DNA of 64,000 nt, taken from positions 96,001 through 160,000 of the forward strand of contig JBGAHS010000003.1 in NCBI GenBank assembly GCA_044226015.1, read 5' to 3'. The number at the start of each line of letters is the position of its first letter. Position 1 is the stretch's first letter. Positions 38,197 through 48,498 of this stretch are shown here, piece after piece. This DNA comes from Candidatus Obscuribacteraceae bacterium (GTDB lineage: Bacteria > Cyanobacteriota > Vampirovibrionia > Obscuribacterales > Obscuribacteraceae). Made by a program: the position numbers and the translations under genes. Below the pieces are notes generated by a model, which was not told where the DNA came from, made no database searches, and saw only the letters and a list, made by a program, of their open reading frames with translations.

Positions 38197-39384
38197 CTAT
38201 TTACGTTTTGCAGCAGCAGCAGAGAGTTTTGCTGAAATTGCATCTTGAACAGCCCCCGAAGTAGAAGCTTGCATCGATTTTTGTCCTTCTGGATGCTTCA
38301 GTTCAATTTGTCGAATGCGCTTCATCACCTGCTCAGCTTCTTTTTTCTTTCCAGCTTTTTCAAGCGCTTCGACATAAATCATCAAAGACGAAGGCAGCTG
38401 CGGGTGCTCTTTGCCCATCAATCTCTCACTAATATCAGCGAGTTCCTCTGCATAAACAAGCTCTTGCGCATAATCTTTCTTCTTATCGTTCAGCAGAATA
38501 TAAGCCTTAATAACAGGTATATGGGTCGGATTCGGCTCTGTAGCAGTTTCATGAGTGCTTGCATAATTCATGCACTCTTTTAAGATAGCCTCTCCTTTCT
38601 CAAATTCACCCATTCGAATAAGTGTGCGTGCAATATTCAGTTGAGAAGCATTTTGCTCTGCAGGACTTCTAGTTTTAGCCCAGTCTGCATAGTTTTCGAA
38701 CTGCTTCAACGCCTCTTTGTACCGTCCAGCTTTTGAATAGGTTTCACCCAGCAACATCATAGAGATCATCGTTTGCTGATTAGCATCACCAAAACACTTG
38801 CGCCTCAATCCCAATAATTGCTCATAGAGTTGCACTTCCTGAGCACACTTACCGGTGGCGCACTCTCCAGCAATTTGACCACTAACGCATTCAGCTTGCT
38901 CACAAATGTATTTGTCCCCCTTCACAGCGAAGATTTCCCCAGCACTTTGCCAGGTCTTTGCGCATGCAGAATAATTCCTCTGACGAAAAAGCAATCGAGC
39001 CTGTCGCTGAAGAGTCTTGGCGTACTCAACACTCGTACTTCCAAATGCTTCGCGCGCAAATTGTGATAGCTGTGTGATCAAAGCCTCTTGCTGGGCAGGA
39101 GCTTGTCCTAACCGCAAATCTGCCAGCTTACTCATTGCTTCGTAGCGCTCTCGTCCAGAACTACTATTAGCTATTTCAAGTAATTGCTTCTCTGAGAGAT
39201 CTCTATTTGAAAAATCTTTGTTTGAATTGGTATCAATTTTCGAAACAGAAAAAGATCTTTTCTGCTCTGAACATGCTTGAAGAGCTAAGATTAACCCGAA
39301 AAATGCCATCATCACGACGATGTTGCTCTTACCGATAATCGATTTGTGAAAAGTTTTTGGCAGTTTTATCAATGAATTTGACAC
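38197..39384 (-). CDS. Tetratricopeptide-repeat protein, probable lipoprotein
   Basis: Hydrophobic segment ending in the lipobox LQAC; several KLC-type TPRs (G..HP). Confidence 0.75.
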   Translation of the reverse strand: MSNSLIKLPKTFHKSIIGKSNIVVMMAFFGLILALQACSEQKRSFSVSKIDTNSNKDFSNRDLSEKQLLEIANSSSGRERYEAMSKLADLRLGQAPAQQEALITQLSQFAREAFGSTSVEYAKTLQRQARLLFRQRNYSACAKTWQSAGEIFAVKGDKYICEQAECVSGQIAGECATGKCAQEVQLYEQLLGLRRKCFGDANQQTMISMMLLGETYSKAGRYKEALKQFENYADWAKTRSPAEQNASQLNIARTLIRMGEFEKGEAILKECMNYASTHETATEPNPTHIPVIKAYILLNDKKKDYAQELVYAEELADISERLMGKEHPQLPSSLMIYVEALEKAGKKKEAEQVMKRIRQIELKHPEGQKSMQASTSGAVQDAISAKLSAAAAKRK

Positions 39385-39539
39385 TCTCGGATCTTGCCAT
39401 ATGCAAGCTTTGGGGGAATAATAAAAGGAGAGATTAAAGGTCTCTAATCAAATTAGGTGAGGCTTAATTTTACAGAAGTTTGGTCCACTGGTCCCTTTCC
39501 AGTCCCCGGGTCACCTAACAACAAAAAGAGGTAATACAT

Positions 39540-41531
39540 ATGGCCAATAAACGGTCTCATCAAGGTGGTACCACCGCGCTCGTCATCGTTCTGACTCTAG
39601 TCATTATATTTGTTGGAGTTGGATTTTTTGCCTGGATGAAAATTATTGGCGGAGGCAAGGAGTTGCAGCATGCAACTGACGCAGGCAACCTCAACGTCGC
39701 AAAACAGGCTTTAAAAGACCCCTCGGTTTCATTACAGGGGACGAGTGAATCAAATGAATTCGGTGATCTCACCGACCCGTCGAATGGTCAAGTTGACCTG
39801 TTGGCATTCGATAGACTCGTCGGAAAAGCAACGCTGGTTGCTCTCAATGCGGCAGCGGAGAACACACCAACCGCCAGACAACATGCACAAACGGTTTTGG
39901 GTATGGTACAGGGCGATAGCGGAATCGGACCAAGGTTAGCGCAAAAGCTATCGCAGCATTCGAACCTCGCGCAACATTTTAGCAACGTCGCAGCAACAAA
40001 CTCCACGCGCATGTTGCATTCAGATGGACAAATTCAAGCTGACTCAGAAGAAACAGCAGTGTCTTACATGGCTGTTGGAAAAGCTTCAAATGTATACCTC
40101 AGCGGCAATCAGATGCCCCCTGAGGTCCAATCGTTCTTAAGCGACAGCAACAACGTCATTACTAAGAATAACAAGCAGTATCTAACTGGATATCAAGGAT
40201 TGCACACCGGTCTTGCAGGCGTGTCACCGCAGGCGGTGCCAATGAGACCCGGCGAACAACCTCACCTAGTCGACCTGGACGATTTCCAAGCTGCGAACCA
40301 ATCACCGCTTCCCGGCGGAAACGGCAGCTTGATTCCACCTAACGCATTCAGGAGTGGAGGTCTTGGACTTGAAGGTAACGCAACTAACCAGAACTTGAAG
40401 ATGCGTTCATCGGCGATCGTTGGAACCTTGAACCAGGATTTCCCGGTCTCCATTCCACGCGGTTACATCATTTTGGACAACTCTGGTTCGCTCGATTTCA
40501 GCGGTCAAATCGGCGGAGCACAAACGGCTCTTGCAAAAGTACTGATGCGCCCAAGTTATGTCGGGCTTGTCACAGGTGCCCCAGGTGTTGGCGATGTCTT
40601 TGGAAAAACAAGCAGTGTTGAGAACGTTAATGCCTTCGTTCAAGCTCACAAGAGTGACCCCAGCCCACCGCCAGTTCCTTCTAATCTGCTCAGCGCTATT
40701 GACCAACCCCAAAATATGACCAGCGCTCAAGCTTACACAGCTTTCAACAACAACCCTGCCGTTCACGAGTGCGATAACACCAACTCAATCACTGGTGGTT
40801 CCACTCCTAAGGATGTAGCATGCCAGCAAAAGTTCAATGACTTCTTGAACTTTTACGGCTCGCAAGTACCAGGTGAAAATGTTTCTGCAAGCGGCATCAT
40901 GGCCGTTGAGGCGTTCAAATGCAAGGTACTAGAAGTGCGCTCAGCAGTGGGTGATAGCGGCTGCGGAGCCGCCAATTTCCAGCCAGAAGCATGCACAGGT
41001 TTGAAGAAATTCAACATCGCAGGCGGCATCAATGGGACGGCTTGCTTACCTTGCAATTTCTCATCGCCAGGCAATGTAAGTGAGCTTCTTGCAGAGTCCA
41101 GCGCTAGCTCAGTAGCCGCTCAACTTATGGTTCGCATGTACCAGATAAAGCCAACAGCCACCGAGAGTGAAGTAACAAACGTGCTCAATACAGTTGTTCC
41201 GTTTGGAACCACTAGCTACATTTATTTGCAGGGCGGTCCCACAGGAAATCTCGTCCTTTCCTCGACACCACCCAGCTTTCCCATTTCTGTAGGCTTGTCT
41301 CCTGATGGCGATCCACAGAATTTCGAAGTTGGACCAGTAAATCTCAACGGCAAGATTGTCAACGTTCCTGAATGCGAAGGTTACCCGAACCCCTGGGACT
41401 GCCCCGCGCTCCCCGCAACAGGAAGAAACAAAATCGTCTGGACCCCAAGCAGTGGTTTCAATAACCTCCTCGGAGTATTGCGCTTCCAGAACTGCGCCAG
41501 CGGTGGTGGCGAATGGTGCTGCCCCTGCTAA
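39540..41531 (+). CDS. Tad (TadG/TadE)-like pseudopilin-anchored protein with Cys-rich C-terminal domain
   Basis: Basic leader KRSHQG followed by a hydrophobic helix and ELQHATDAG.L..A (Tad N-domain pattern); ends WCCPC; RBS gaggt. Confidence 0.65.
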   Translation: MANKRSHQGGTTALVIVLTLVIIFVGVGFFAWMKIIGGGKELQHATDAGNLNVAKQALKDPSVSLQGTSESNEFGDLTDPSNGQVDLLAFDRLVGKATLVALNAAAENTPTARQHAQTVLGMVQGDSGIGPRLAQKLSQHSNLAQHFSNVAATNSTRMLHSDGQIQADSEETAVSYMAVGKASNVYLSGNQMPPEVQSFLSDSNNVITKNNKQYLTGYQGLHTGLAGVSPQAVPMRPGEQPHLVDLDDFQAANQSPLPGGNGSLIPPNAFRSGGLGLEGNATNQNLKMRSSAIVGTLNQDFPVSIPRGYIILDNSGSLDFSGQIGGAQTALAKVLMRPSYVGLVTGAPGVGDVFGKTSSVENVNAFVQAHKSDPSPPPVPSNLLSAIDQPQNMTSAQAYTAFNNNPAVHECDNTNSITGGSTPKDVACQQKFNDFLNFYGSQVPGENVSASGIMAVEAFKCKVLEVRSAVGDSGCGAANFQPEACTGLKKFNIAGGINGTACLPCNFSSPGNVSELLAESSASSVAAQLMVRMYQIKPTATESEVTNVLNTVVPFGTTSYIYLQGGPTGNLVLSSTPPSFPISVGLSPDGDPQNFEVGPVNLNGKIVNVPECEGYPNPWDCPALPATGRNKIVWTPSSGFNNLLGVLRFQNCASGGGEWCCPC

Positions 41532-41561
41532 TCTCCAGATTCACTAGAAAACGAGAAAGAT

Positions 41562-42035
41562 ATGTTGAACCATTCGATAACAAATTGTGCCAGATTGGCG
41601 CTGACAGTTTTGGCCGCGACGAGCTACTTCTGTAGCTCTGCGGCCCTGTCTCAGCCAGCGAAGGCACCGCGAAAACCAAAATCGCAAGCTGAAGTAGAAA
41701 TGCAAACCTACTATCACCGATTCACAAAACCGATGACACTACCAGAGGTTCCAGACATCGGTAGCCACGCGAAATTCAGGTTCGGACTCGAGCATACGGA
41801 ACCTTCCGGAGTCGTGATGATAGGACAACGATTTGGTACTACATCCACAGCTCAGCAAGTGATCGACTTTTACAAGCAAAGTCTGTTGCAACAACAATGG
41901 AAACTGTCAAGCGTTTCAACAAGCGCGGTGAGAGCGACAAAGCAAGACAAATCATTGAGCATCAATATTTACCCGAGAGGAAGTACTGACGTCGCAACTG
42001 ACTTCATGGTCAACTACTCATATAAGAATCGTTAG
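41562..42035 (+). CDS. Exported hypothetical protein
   Basis: Signal peptide; QVIDFYKQSL.QQ.W motif. Confidence 0.7.
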   Translation: MLNHSITNCARLALTVLAATSYFCSSAALSQPAKAPRKPKSQAEVEMQTYYHRFTKPMTLPEVPDIGSHAKFRFGLEHTEPSGVVMIGQRFGTTSTAQQVIDFYKQSLLQQQWKLSSVSTSAVRATKQDKSLSINIYPRGSTDVATDFMVNYSYKNR

Positions 42036-42042
42036 AACGAAA

Positions 42043-42582
42043 ATGAAAACGCATTCTCATATGAATAGCAATACAATGACATTTATGGCGGGCATCTTCT
42101 TGCTCGCCATGGTGACTTGCTCTGCGGCTTCAGCTGCGGCACTTGATGATGCATGCAATGCATACAATCAACACAACTACTCTGATGCGCTCAAAAAATT
42201 AGACGCACTACCGGCCGCCCAACGCAATGCAAAGGCATCCTATTACAAGGGGCTGACACTGCAGGCACTGCACCGATATGCGGAGGCCAACACTGAATAT
42301 CGAAAAGTGGCTCTGCAAAAGCAAGACTTGCGCCTTGCTGCGATGGCGCGACAGGGAATGATCGGGCTATCTCGCATGCCAAGGCAATCTGGTTTTCACG
42401 AATCTCTAAGCAGCAGCACGAACACAGCCAAGGTCAGCAGCAACGCTTCCGGACAGAAAATTGTAGAAGGTGGCAACTGGAAAGTTGTTGAGCCCGGGTA
42501 CGGAGCACAAGGTGAGAACAAGCATGGAATGCCAGAGACATGGACGTATGTCAAAACCAGCAATGGCTGTGGCAGGCATTGA
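42043..42582 (+). CDS. Exported single-TPR hypothetical protein
   Basis: Signal peptide; AYNQHNYSDAL and ASYYKGLTLQALHRYAEA TPR; ends GCGRH. Confidence 0.7.
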   Translation: MKTHSHMNSNTMTFMAGIFLLAMVTCSAASAAALDDACNAYNQHNYSDALKKLDALPAAQRNAKASYYKGLTLQALHRYAEANTEYRKVALQKQDLRLAAMARQGMIGLSRMPRQSGFHESLSSSTNTAKVSSNASGQKIVEGGNWKVVEPGYGAQGENKHGMPETWTYVKTSNGCGRH

Positions 42583-42618
42583 AGCATTCGAATGAACATT
42601 CGGCAAAAGGACTAATTT

Positions 42619-43101
42619 ATGCTAACGAGGAATCTAATGGTGCAGCTTCTAACGGGGACGCTGCTTATTTTGTCTTGCGGAGCGCAAGCTGCGCCGGGCA
42701 CGCCTCAAAATAAGAACACAGCAAAAGAAACACCAATAACAAACAAAACAACTAATGCGTCAAGTTCGCAAAAAACGGGACCAATTGAACTCGAAGGAGA
42801 AGTCGTTGATGCCTGGTGCTGGTCTTCGGGAGTAATGGGACCAGGGCGCGGTCCAGAGCACAAGAAATGCGCGATGCGTTGCATTCTAGGAGGGGTAAGC
42901 GCTGGAATAGTTGACGACAAGGACAACCTTTATATCGCTGCAAAAAGTCAGGCCTATTCGGGGTGTAAAGAACAACTCGCTCCATTTATTGAACATCGCG
43001 TGAAAATAAAGGGATGGCTTGCTGAACGAGGTGGCTGCAAAATTCTTAAAATAAGCAAGGTCGAAGACCTTGGACTTGCCGAGAATTTCAAAAAGAAATA
43101 A
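42619..43101 (+). CDS. Exported small beta-rich protein with D..C / H..CA..C...G motif
   Basis: Signal peptide; LEGEVVDAWC...HKKCAMRCILGG...GI...RVKIKG. Confidence 0.75.
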   Translation: MLTRNLMVQLLTGTLLILSCGAQAAPGTPQNKNTAKETPITNKTTNASSSQKTGPIELEGEVVDAWCWSSGVMGPGRGPEHKKCAMRCILGGVSAGIVDDKDNLYIAAKSQAYSGCKEQLAPFIEHRVKIKGWLAERGGCKILKISKVEDLGLAENFKKK

Positions 43102-45016
43102 CTGGTGAAACTCGATGTCCCCTAGCGCGAACACGATTCGTCTTTTTCGTATTGGACTTTGCTTCAATTCTTGAATATCGCGAAGAATGTCGAGAACCCG
43201 CATCAACTGACCCAAATGCACAAACAAAAACGGATAGGAAAACTAGACTAAAACTCAATAACCAGAGCTTCGCTTTCCCCAAGATGTTTGCTAACGGCAT
43301 AATACCTAGAAGCACATAATAGAGAATCAAAAGTGCGGCGCCTATCTGCAACGTTTCTATTTGAGCAAACGGCAACTGACAGACAAAACCAACGAAAGCT
43401 CTCACTAGTTCAACCGGAAAGAATGCAATCTTATCTACACAAGCCGAACAGTGGTGAGAAGAAAATGAAAGCTCTTCAAAAACCATACCGATGCTGCTAG
43501 CGAATCCAACAACTGTAATCAGCGGCACCACAGGCACCACCACTACATTAGCAATGAGACAGTAAGAACTCAGTTGCCGGAAATAGTAAAGCTGTATGGG
43601 CAAAACATACAACTGCGCTACGAGAGCCGCAGAAAGTGCAGCATTCAGCCATTTTACGCGATGCGGCAAAAGAGTATCCAAAATTTTGTTTGCCGCTGAT
43701 GCAGAAACAATCATTCCAGCAGTTGAAAGATAGGACAACTGTAATCCTACATCAGCAACCGACCATGGGTCTACGAGAAAAGCCATAACAGCCGTAAGAG
43801 ATAACACGGTTGGCATATGAGGCGAACGGTCACGAGCACGGATAATCAGCAGCAAAGTTCCCATCAGAAAAGCACGGAGCACCGACTGCGACGGTCCAGC
43901 AAGTATGACAAACAAGCACATCCCAGAGAAAGCAAGAATGTTTGCCAGGTTCCTCATAAAAAAACGAGCGAGAAAATAAATCGATGCGATTACAATGCTC
44001 AGGTTGAATCCTGAAGCTGCAAGTATGTGTGAGAGTCCGGCTACGCGAAAACTTTCGGATTGGTCTTTCGGAACTTCGACGGCTTTGTCACCTAGAATCA
44101 TGGAAGTCATAAGCACTCCATTTGACTCTCCCAGCGCTGCTTTATGAAAGCTAAGAATCTGCTGCCTTATGCTTTCAAGGCCCGCTTCGAATTCGTCGGG
44201 CTTCCGAATACCAGAATAGGGAAGCTCCAACTGAAAAATGCCATGCGAACGACAAAAAGTTTGCTTCCGAAAGAGAAAAATGTTACGCCGGCAAAGTTGT
44301 AGCTTTTGCAAATGTGTTTTGAAACACAGGGTGCTGCCAGGTTTCAAAAGGTTCGTCAATGAAGATTCAGAGATTTTGCTGGTGGAATTCCTTGAAAGAA
44401 AGACCTGGATACGCCCGCGGTAGGTATCACATTTTCCATCTATTAATAGAACGTCATTAGACCGATTTCCGGACTTGTGTTCAAGCACTCGCCCCACAAT
44501 GAGCACATCATCTCGACTTGCAAGATTGCTGATATCACTTGCATCTGGACATGGAGTGCGCATCCAGGCGTTCAATGCACCTAAAACCAGCGCAAGATAA
44601 ATTAGACCAATGAATGCCTTCGGGGTCTCAAAAAGCCTGAGACAAAGAATCAAGATGATAATTAGAAGAACAAAAAACTGCTCAACCGCATATACAATAA
44701 CCGCAGTGCCTAGAATGAAAAAACAACAGAGAAGCACAACGTGCCTTGTTCTAGCCAAAAAAAAATGATATAGCACCCCACGGGGATCCGCTGTACTGGA
44801 TGCGCACGATGCGGCACTGGGATCCGCTGTACTGGATGCGCACGATGCTGTATTGGGATCCGCCGAACTGGATGCACACGATGATTCCACCGCATCGGGA
44901 TTTGCACCGAACGCAGCAGGATTGGTGGACGGGAAGACCCCAGCGGAACTCCCAGCCACACCAGGACGCTGGGAAACGCCGCCCGCATCTGGATCAAGAG
45001 CAGGTTTATCACTCAT
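43088..45016 (-). CDS. comEC: ComEC/Rec2 competence membrane protein (no C-terminal metallo-beta-lactamase domain)
   Basis: SMILGD, FRVAGLSHILAASGFN, SVLRA.LMG, GLQLSYLST.G, ANVVVVP. Start uncertain. Confidence 0.9.
   Translation of the reverse strand: MSDKPALDPDAGGVSQRPGVAGSSAGVFPSTNPAAFGANPDAVESSCASSSADPNTASCASSTADPSAASCASSTADPRGVLYHFFLARTRHVVLLCCFFILGTAVIVYAVEQFFVLLIIILILCLRLFETPKAFIGLIYLALVLGALNAWMRTPCPDASDISNLASRDDVLIVGRVLEHKSGNRSNDVLLIDGKCDTYRGRIQVFLSRNSTSKISESSLTNLLKPGSTLCFKTHLQKLQLCRRNIFLFRKQTFCRSHGIFQLELPYSGIRKPDEFEAGLESIRQQILSFHKAALGESNGVLMTSMILGDKAVEVPKDQSESFRVAGLSHILAASGFNLSIVIASIYFLARFFMRNLANILAFSGMCLFVILAGPSQSVLRAFLMGTLLLIIRARDRSPHMPTVLSLTAVMAFLVDPWSVADVGLQLSYLSTAGMIVSASAANKILDTLLPHRVKWLNAALSAALVAQLYVLPIQLYYFRQLSSYCLIANVVVVPVVPLITVVGFASSIGMVFEELSFSSHHCSACVDKIAFFPVELVRAFVGFVCQLPFAQIETLQIGAALLILYYVLLGIMPLANILGKAKLWLLSFSLVFLSVFVCAFGSVDAGSRHSSRYSRIEAKSNTKKTNRVRARGHRVSPVISF
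44784..44900. repeat. About 3 x 36-bp tandem repeat in the 5' part of comEC (A/SSCASS(S/T)ADP..)
   Basis: ggatccgctgtactggatgcgcacgatgc... repeated with a 36-bp period. Confidence 0.85.
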
Positions 45017-45086
45017 AATTGCACGAACTGAACTAATACCCTTTAAACGAAAAAAACAGGTCAAGGGTTCAATTCAAATTGAAGGA

Positions 45087-46364
45087 TTAATCTAAGTGGC
45101 GAGTGAGCGCAGCAGCGCCCTTGCCAGTCACCTCTTGAAGCTCGTTTACGTTGTACTTGAACGTATAAAGAACATCCAGGCTGTCCGAAGAAAAATCCTT
45201 CGGTAGCGGCAAAGGTTGTTTGGTAGCAGCGCTAATTGCACGAAAAGCTGATTTGTCTGTCTCGGGTTCGCCCGATGAACTTGATAATTTCATCGATTCA
45301 AGAGTTCCATTTTTTCTCAGCCGGAAAACAATCACCACCTGCCGATTTGACCCCATCGGCGGTGCCCAGGCATTCTTGATTTTTCGATGCAATTCCTTCA
45401 AATAAATAGATAACCCATTCTCAGCGCCCTTACCATTATTACTTTTGCCGCCTTTCTGGAATACGTGCATGGCATTAGCATCACCATCATTTTCCATCAG
45501 CTCAACTAATTCAGGCGGCTCAACCTCAGAAATGTAGGGCTGGCTGGCACGAGCCTGTGATGGGGCTGCGCTTGCCGCTGCTGCTGGCGCAAATTCTTTA
45601 AGCACTTTCGTCTGCCAGCTTGCAGGCATCACTATACTGCTGATCTTCGGCTGCTCGACCAATTCAGGCGCACTCTGCTGAGCTGATGGAGAAACAGCTA
45701 ACTTCTTATCCTCTTTATCGCTCTTGGATTTGCCTTCGCTTTTTACTGGAACCTTTTTCTCAACTTTGCTTGCCGCTTGCGGTTTTTTTGGTTTTTCCAG
45801 AATCGCCTCCGAGTGTTTAGAAACCGCAAGCTTACCAGCCTGACTGACCATATCGGCAGAGCGCTTGCGCAATTCCTCAAACTCTTGCATACCTGGAAGC
45901 TGCTCGTTGTTATCTTCAAAATCTGTCTTAGAAACAAATTCGATATCAACTACTTGAGCCAGATGTGCTTTCTTTAGCCTCTCTTGTTGAAAAACGGCGA
46001 GACCCGCACTGACGTACAGAAGCACAGCCGTTATCAAAAAACAAATCGCAAGACTTTCGCGAAGAAGCACAGGCTCTTTGCTTCGAGGAAGTCCCAGCAA
46101 CTCAATGTCTGCTGCTTTTACACGCAAGAATCTGACTGAGAAGGAAGCCAGAATACCCAGAGTGACATACCATGGAACGATTTCGTTGCTAGCGTCAACA
46201 CGCACCAGACTGAGCAACCAGATTGCCGAAGCGGACACAAACAAAACAACGCTGCTTATGTTTCTCAGCTTCTCAAGCGACTCTCCCTGAATCAGGCGCG
46301 CAGAGAGAACCAGCACCTTTTGATCAGTGATTGAATTCGACTTTTCTTTGACTGGCGCTGACAT
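45087..46364 (-). CDS. TonB/TolA C-terminal domain protein with N-terminal membrane segments
   Basis: Three hydrophobic segments, K/P/A-rich linker, YLKELHRKIKNAW.PP...V.IVFRL.KNG.L......SSG....D.SA..AI. Confidence 0.85.
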   Translation of the reverse strand: MSAPVKEKSNSITDQKVLVLSARLIQGESLEKLRNISSVVLFVSASAIWLLSLVRVDASNEIVPWYVTLGILASFSVRFLRVKAADIELLGLPRSKEPVLLRESLAICFLITAVLLYVSAGLAVFQQERLKKAHLAQVVDIEFVSKTDFEDNNEQLPGMQEFEELRKRSADMVSQAGKLAVSKHSEAILEKPKKPQAASKVEKKVPVKSEGKSKSDKEDKKLAVSPSAQQSAPELVEQPKISSIVMPASWQTKVLKEFAPAAAASAAPSQARASQPYISEVEPPELVELMENDGDANAMHVFQKGGKSNNGKGAENGLSIYLKELHRKIKNAWAPPMGSNRQVVIVFRLRKNGTLESMKLSSSSGEPETDKSAFRAISAATKQPLPLPKDFSSDSLDVLYTFKYNVNELQEVTGKGAAALTRHLD

Positions 46365-46530
46365 TCAAAGCCCTGACAAAGCTGACACCTCATGTTAACA
46401 CGGTGTTGACAGCTCTCAAGCCGGGTGAATTTTATCTGATTCTAATCTTGTGAATCCCTTGGCAGTCAGGTCTTTTAGACAAAGTAAAATTCGAGAACGG
46501 CAATAGCAAAAAACGCTACTGGCAGAAAGA

Positions 46531-47112
46531 TTAGCAGCCCATCATAATCTGCTGCAAATCCGCAGCGGAAAGCTGGGTGATAAGCAATGGTTCTACTGGC
46601 TGGTCCGAATGTTCCTGCAAACTTAGCTCTAACCAGACAACATCATGCCAGGCACCACCCTTGAAGCCAACTTTCTTGTACACACAAAGCTCCGTAAAAC
46701 CGAGTGCCCGATGAAGAGCCAGGCTCGCCGGATTAGGCAGCGTAATGCCGGCGTAAACATTGACATAGGACATGTGGCGCAAAATCTCGAACAAGCACTT
46801 ATACAATCGCTTGCCCACGCCTCGCTTACGAGCAGCAGCATCAAGATAGACAGAGGCATCCGTTGACCAGCGATAGGCAGCGCGACTCTTGTGCTCGCCT
46901 GCGTATGCATAGCCAAGAACAACGCCATCTAGCTCAAACACAATCCACGGAAATCGCTCAAGCGTTTTCTTAACCCTGGACGCAATTTCTTCTACTGACG
47001 GAGCCTCAGTTTCAAATGAGACTGCAGAGCTGTTCTCGCAAAAGGGCGCATAGATACTGCGGATTGCAGCAGCATCGGATATGGTGGCTAATCTGATTGT
47101 ACCTTCGTTCAA
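46531..47112 (-). CDS. Phosphinothricin/methionine-sulfoximine-type GNAT N-acetyltransferase (Pat/YncA/ArsN family)
   Basis: IY.P......SFE..AP, GYAYA..H..RAAY.W....SVY, AGITLPNPASLALH..LGF, VGFK.G.WHDV. Confidence 0.9.
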   Translation of the reverse strand: MNEGTIRLATISDAAAIRSIYAPFCENSSAVSFETEAPSVEEIASRVKKTLERFPWIVFELDGVVLGYAYAGEHKSRAAYRWSTDASVYLDAAARKRGVGKRLYKCLFEILRHMSYVNVYAGITLPNPASLALHRALGFTELCVYKKVGFKGGAWHDVVWLELSLQEHSDQPVEPLLITQLSAADLQQIMMGC

Positions 47113-47114
47113 GC

Positions 47115-48392
47115 TTACGACATTGCTGCGAAGTAGACGTTACAGGCATGGTCCAGATATTCTCTCGTCAGACGCGGCTCAGTCTGCAAGAACTTACAGA
47201 GGTTTGTTACCTGGTCAATAACGTCACGAGGATGGCAACATCTCATGTTGCGCTTTCCGCTTCGGTACTGAGTTTCAATCAGGTAGTTGACGGCTTCTTC
47301 ATTGTAAGGCACACCAACACGCTGGCAATATTGCAGGAAGATCCATTTGAACTCTTCCTCCGTCGGGCTAGTGATATTGATTTTGAAAGGAATACGTCTT
47401 AAGAATGCCTCGTCTACCAGGTCTCTCGGGTTGAGGTTTGTCGAGAAAACAATCAACTGTTCGAAGGGCACTTCCAACTTTTTGCCAGTGTGCAAGGTCA
47501 AATAGTCAACCCGTTTTTCCAGAGGAACAATCCATCTGTTCAACAGTGACTTGTGGTCGATTCTCTGGCGACCAAAGTCGTCGATTAGCAGTAGTCCGCA
47601 GTTAGACTTCAGCTGAATTGGTGCTTCATACAATTTCGAAGTGTAGTCATATTGAAGTTCAAGCATGTCGATGGTCAATTCACCACCGACTACTACGCAA
47701 GGACGATTGATGCGCACCCAGCGATGGTCATAGTCACGCGGGTAATTTGCAGCAGACACTTGAATATGGTTGTGATCGTCGTAAACTCGGATAATTTGAC
47801 CATCAACTTCAATAGCGTACGGAACGAAGATGTGCCCCTTGAAGCTTCGCACGATACGCTCTGCAATTGAAGTCTTTCCGTTACCTGCATCACCGAACAA
47901 GAACATCCCTCTTCCAGAGTTGATTGCCGGACCAACCGTGTTCAGCGTTCTGCGGTTGACCATGATGTCCGAAAATGCGATTTCGAGGTCTCTTGGAGTT
48001 ACCGCCTCTTTTCTGATGGTCTGATATTTCAGAGACTCAACGTATGAAGTCCAGGTTACCGGGCAAGCTCCCACATAACTGTTATGGTCGAAATAGGCGC
48101 GGGCACGGTCACGACCTTTATCAGTCGGCATATATTCATAGTCAGCAATACCACCGGAAGAACGAACTTCGATTAGAAGCTGCCGCTTCAATGATTCAAG
48201 AATTGATTCAACAATTTTGAAAGGAAGCATGGTTCTGTTGGCGATTTCACGCCCTAGAGCGAAGTTGACCAGATAGATGTCTTTCAAAATCAGCTCTTCA
48301 AGAAAGCCCTCTTTGAGACCTGTTTCCTCAATGGTATTGGGGTATGGAGGAACGAATTCCTGTTGCTGCACGCCTCTAACTTGTTGAACCAT
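47115..48392 (-). CDS. AAA+ ATPase with N-terminal winged-helix-like region
   Basis: P.TIEETGL, Walker A GDAGNGKTS, GGELT...L.L, Walker B LLIDDFGRQR, LLNRWIVPLE, FSTNL.P.DLVDEAFLRRI. Confidence 0.88.
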   Translation of the reverse strand: MVQQVRGVQQQEFVPPYPNTIEETGLKEGFLEELILKDIYLVNFALGREIANRTMLPFKIVESILESLKRQLLIEVRSSGGIADYEYMPTDKGRDRARAYFDHNSYVGACPVTWTSYVESLKYQTIRKEAVTPRDLEIAFSDIMVNRRTLNTVGPAINSGRGMFLFGDAGNGKTSIAERIVRSFKGHIFVPYAIEVDGQIIRVYDDHNHIQVSAANYPRDYDHRWVRINRPCVVVGGELTIDMLELQYDYTSKLYEAPIQLKSNCGLLLIDDFGRQRIDHKSLLNRWIVPLEKRVDYLTLHTGKKLEVPFEQLIVFSTNLNPRDLVDEAFLRRIPFKINITSPTEEEFKWIFLQYCQRVGVPYNEEAVNYLIETQYRSGKRNMRCCHPRDVIDQVTNLCKFLQTEPRLTREYLDHACNVYFAAMS

Positions 48393-48498
48393 ATTTTTCC
48401 TGGCCTTTTGCTGATAAAGTCAAACCGCGATCCTACACTTAATTGTCCCAAAAAACACGCAAAATTAACAAGTTATGGAAAAATATTTGTGCTTGAAT

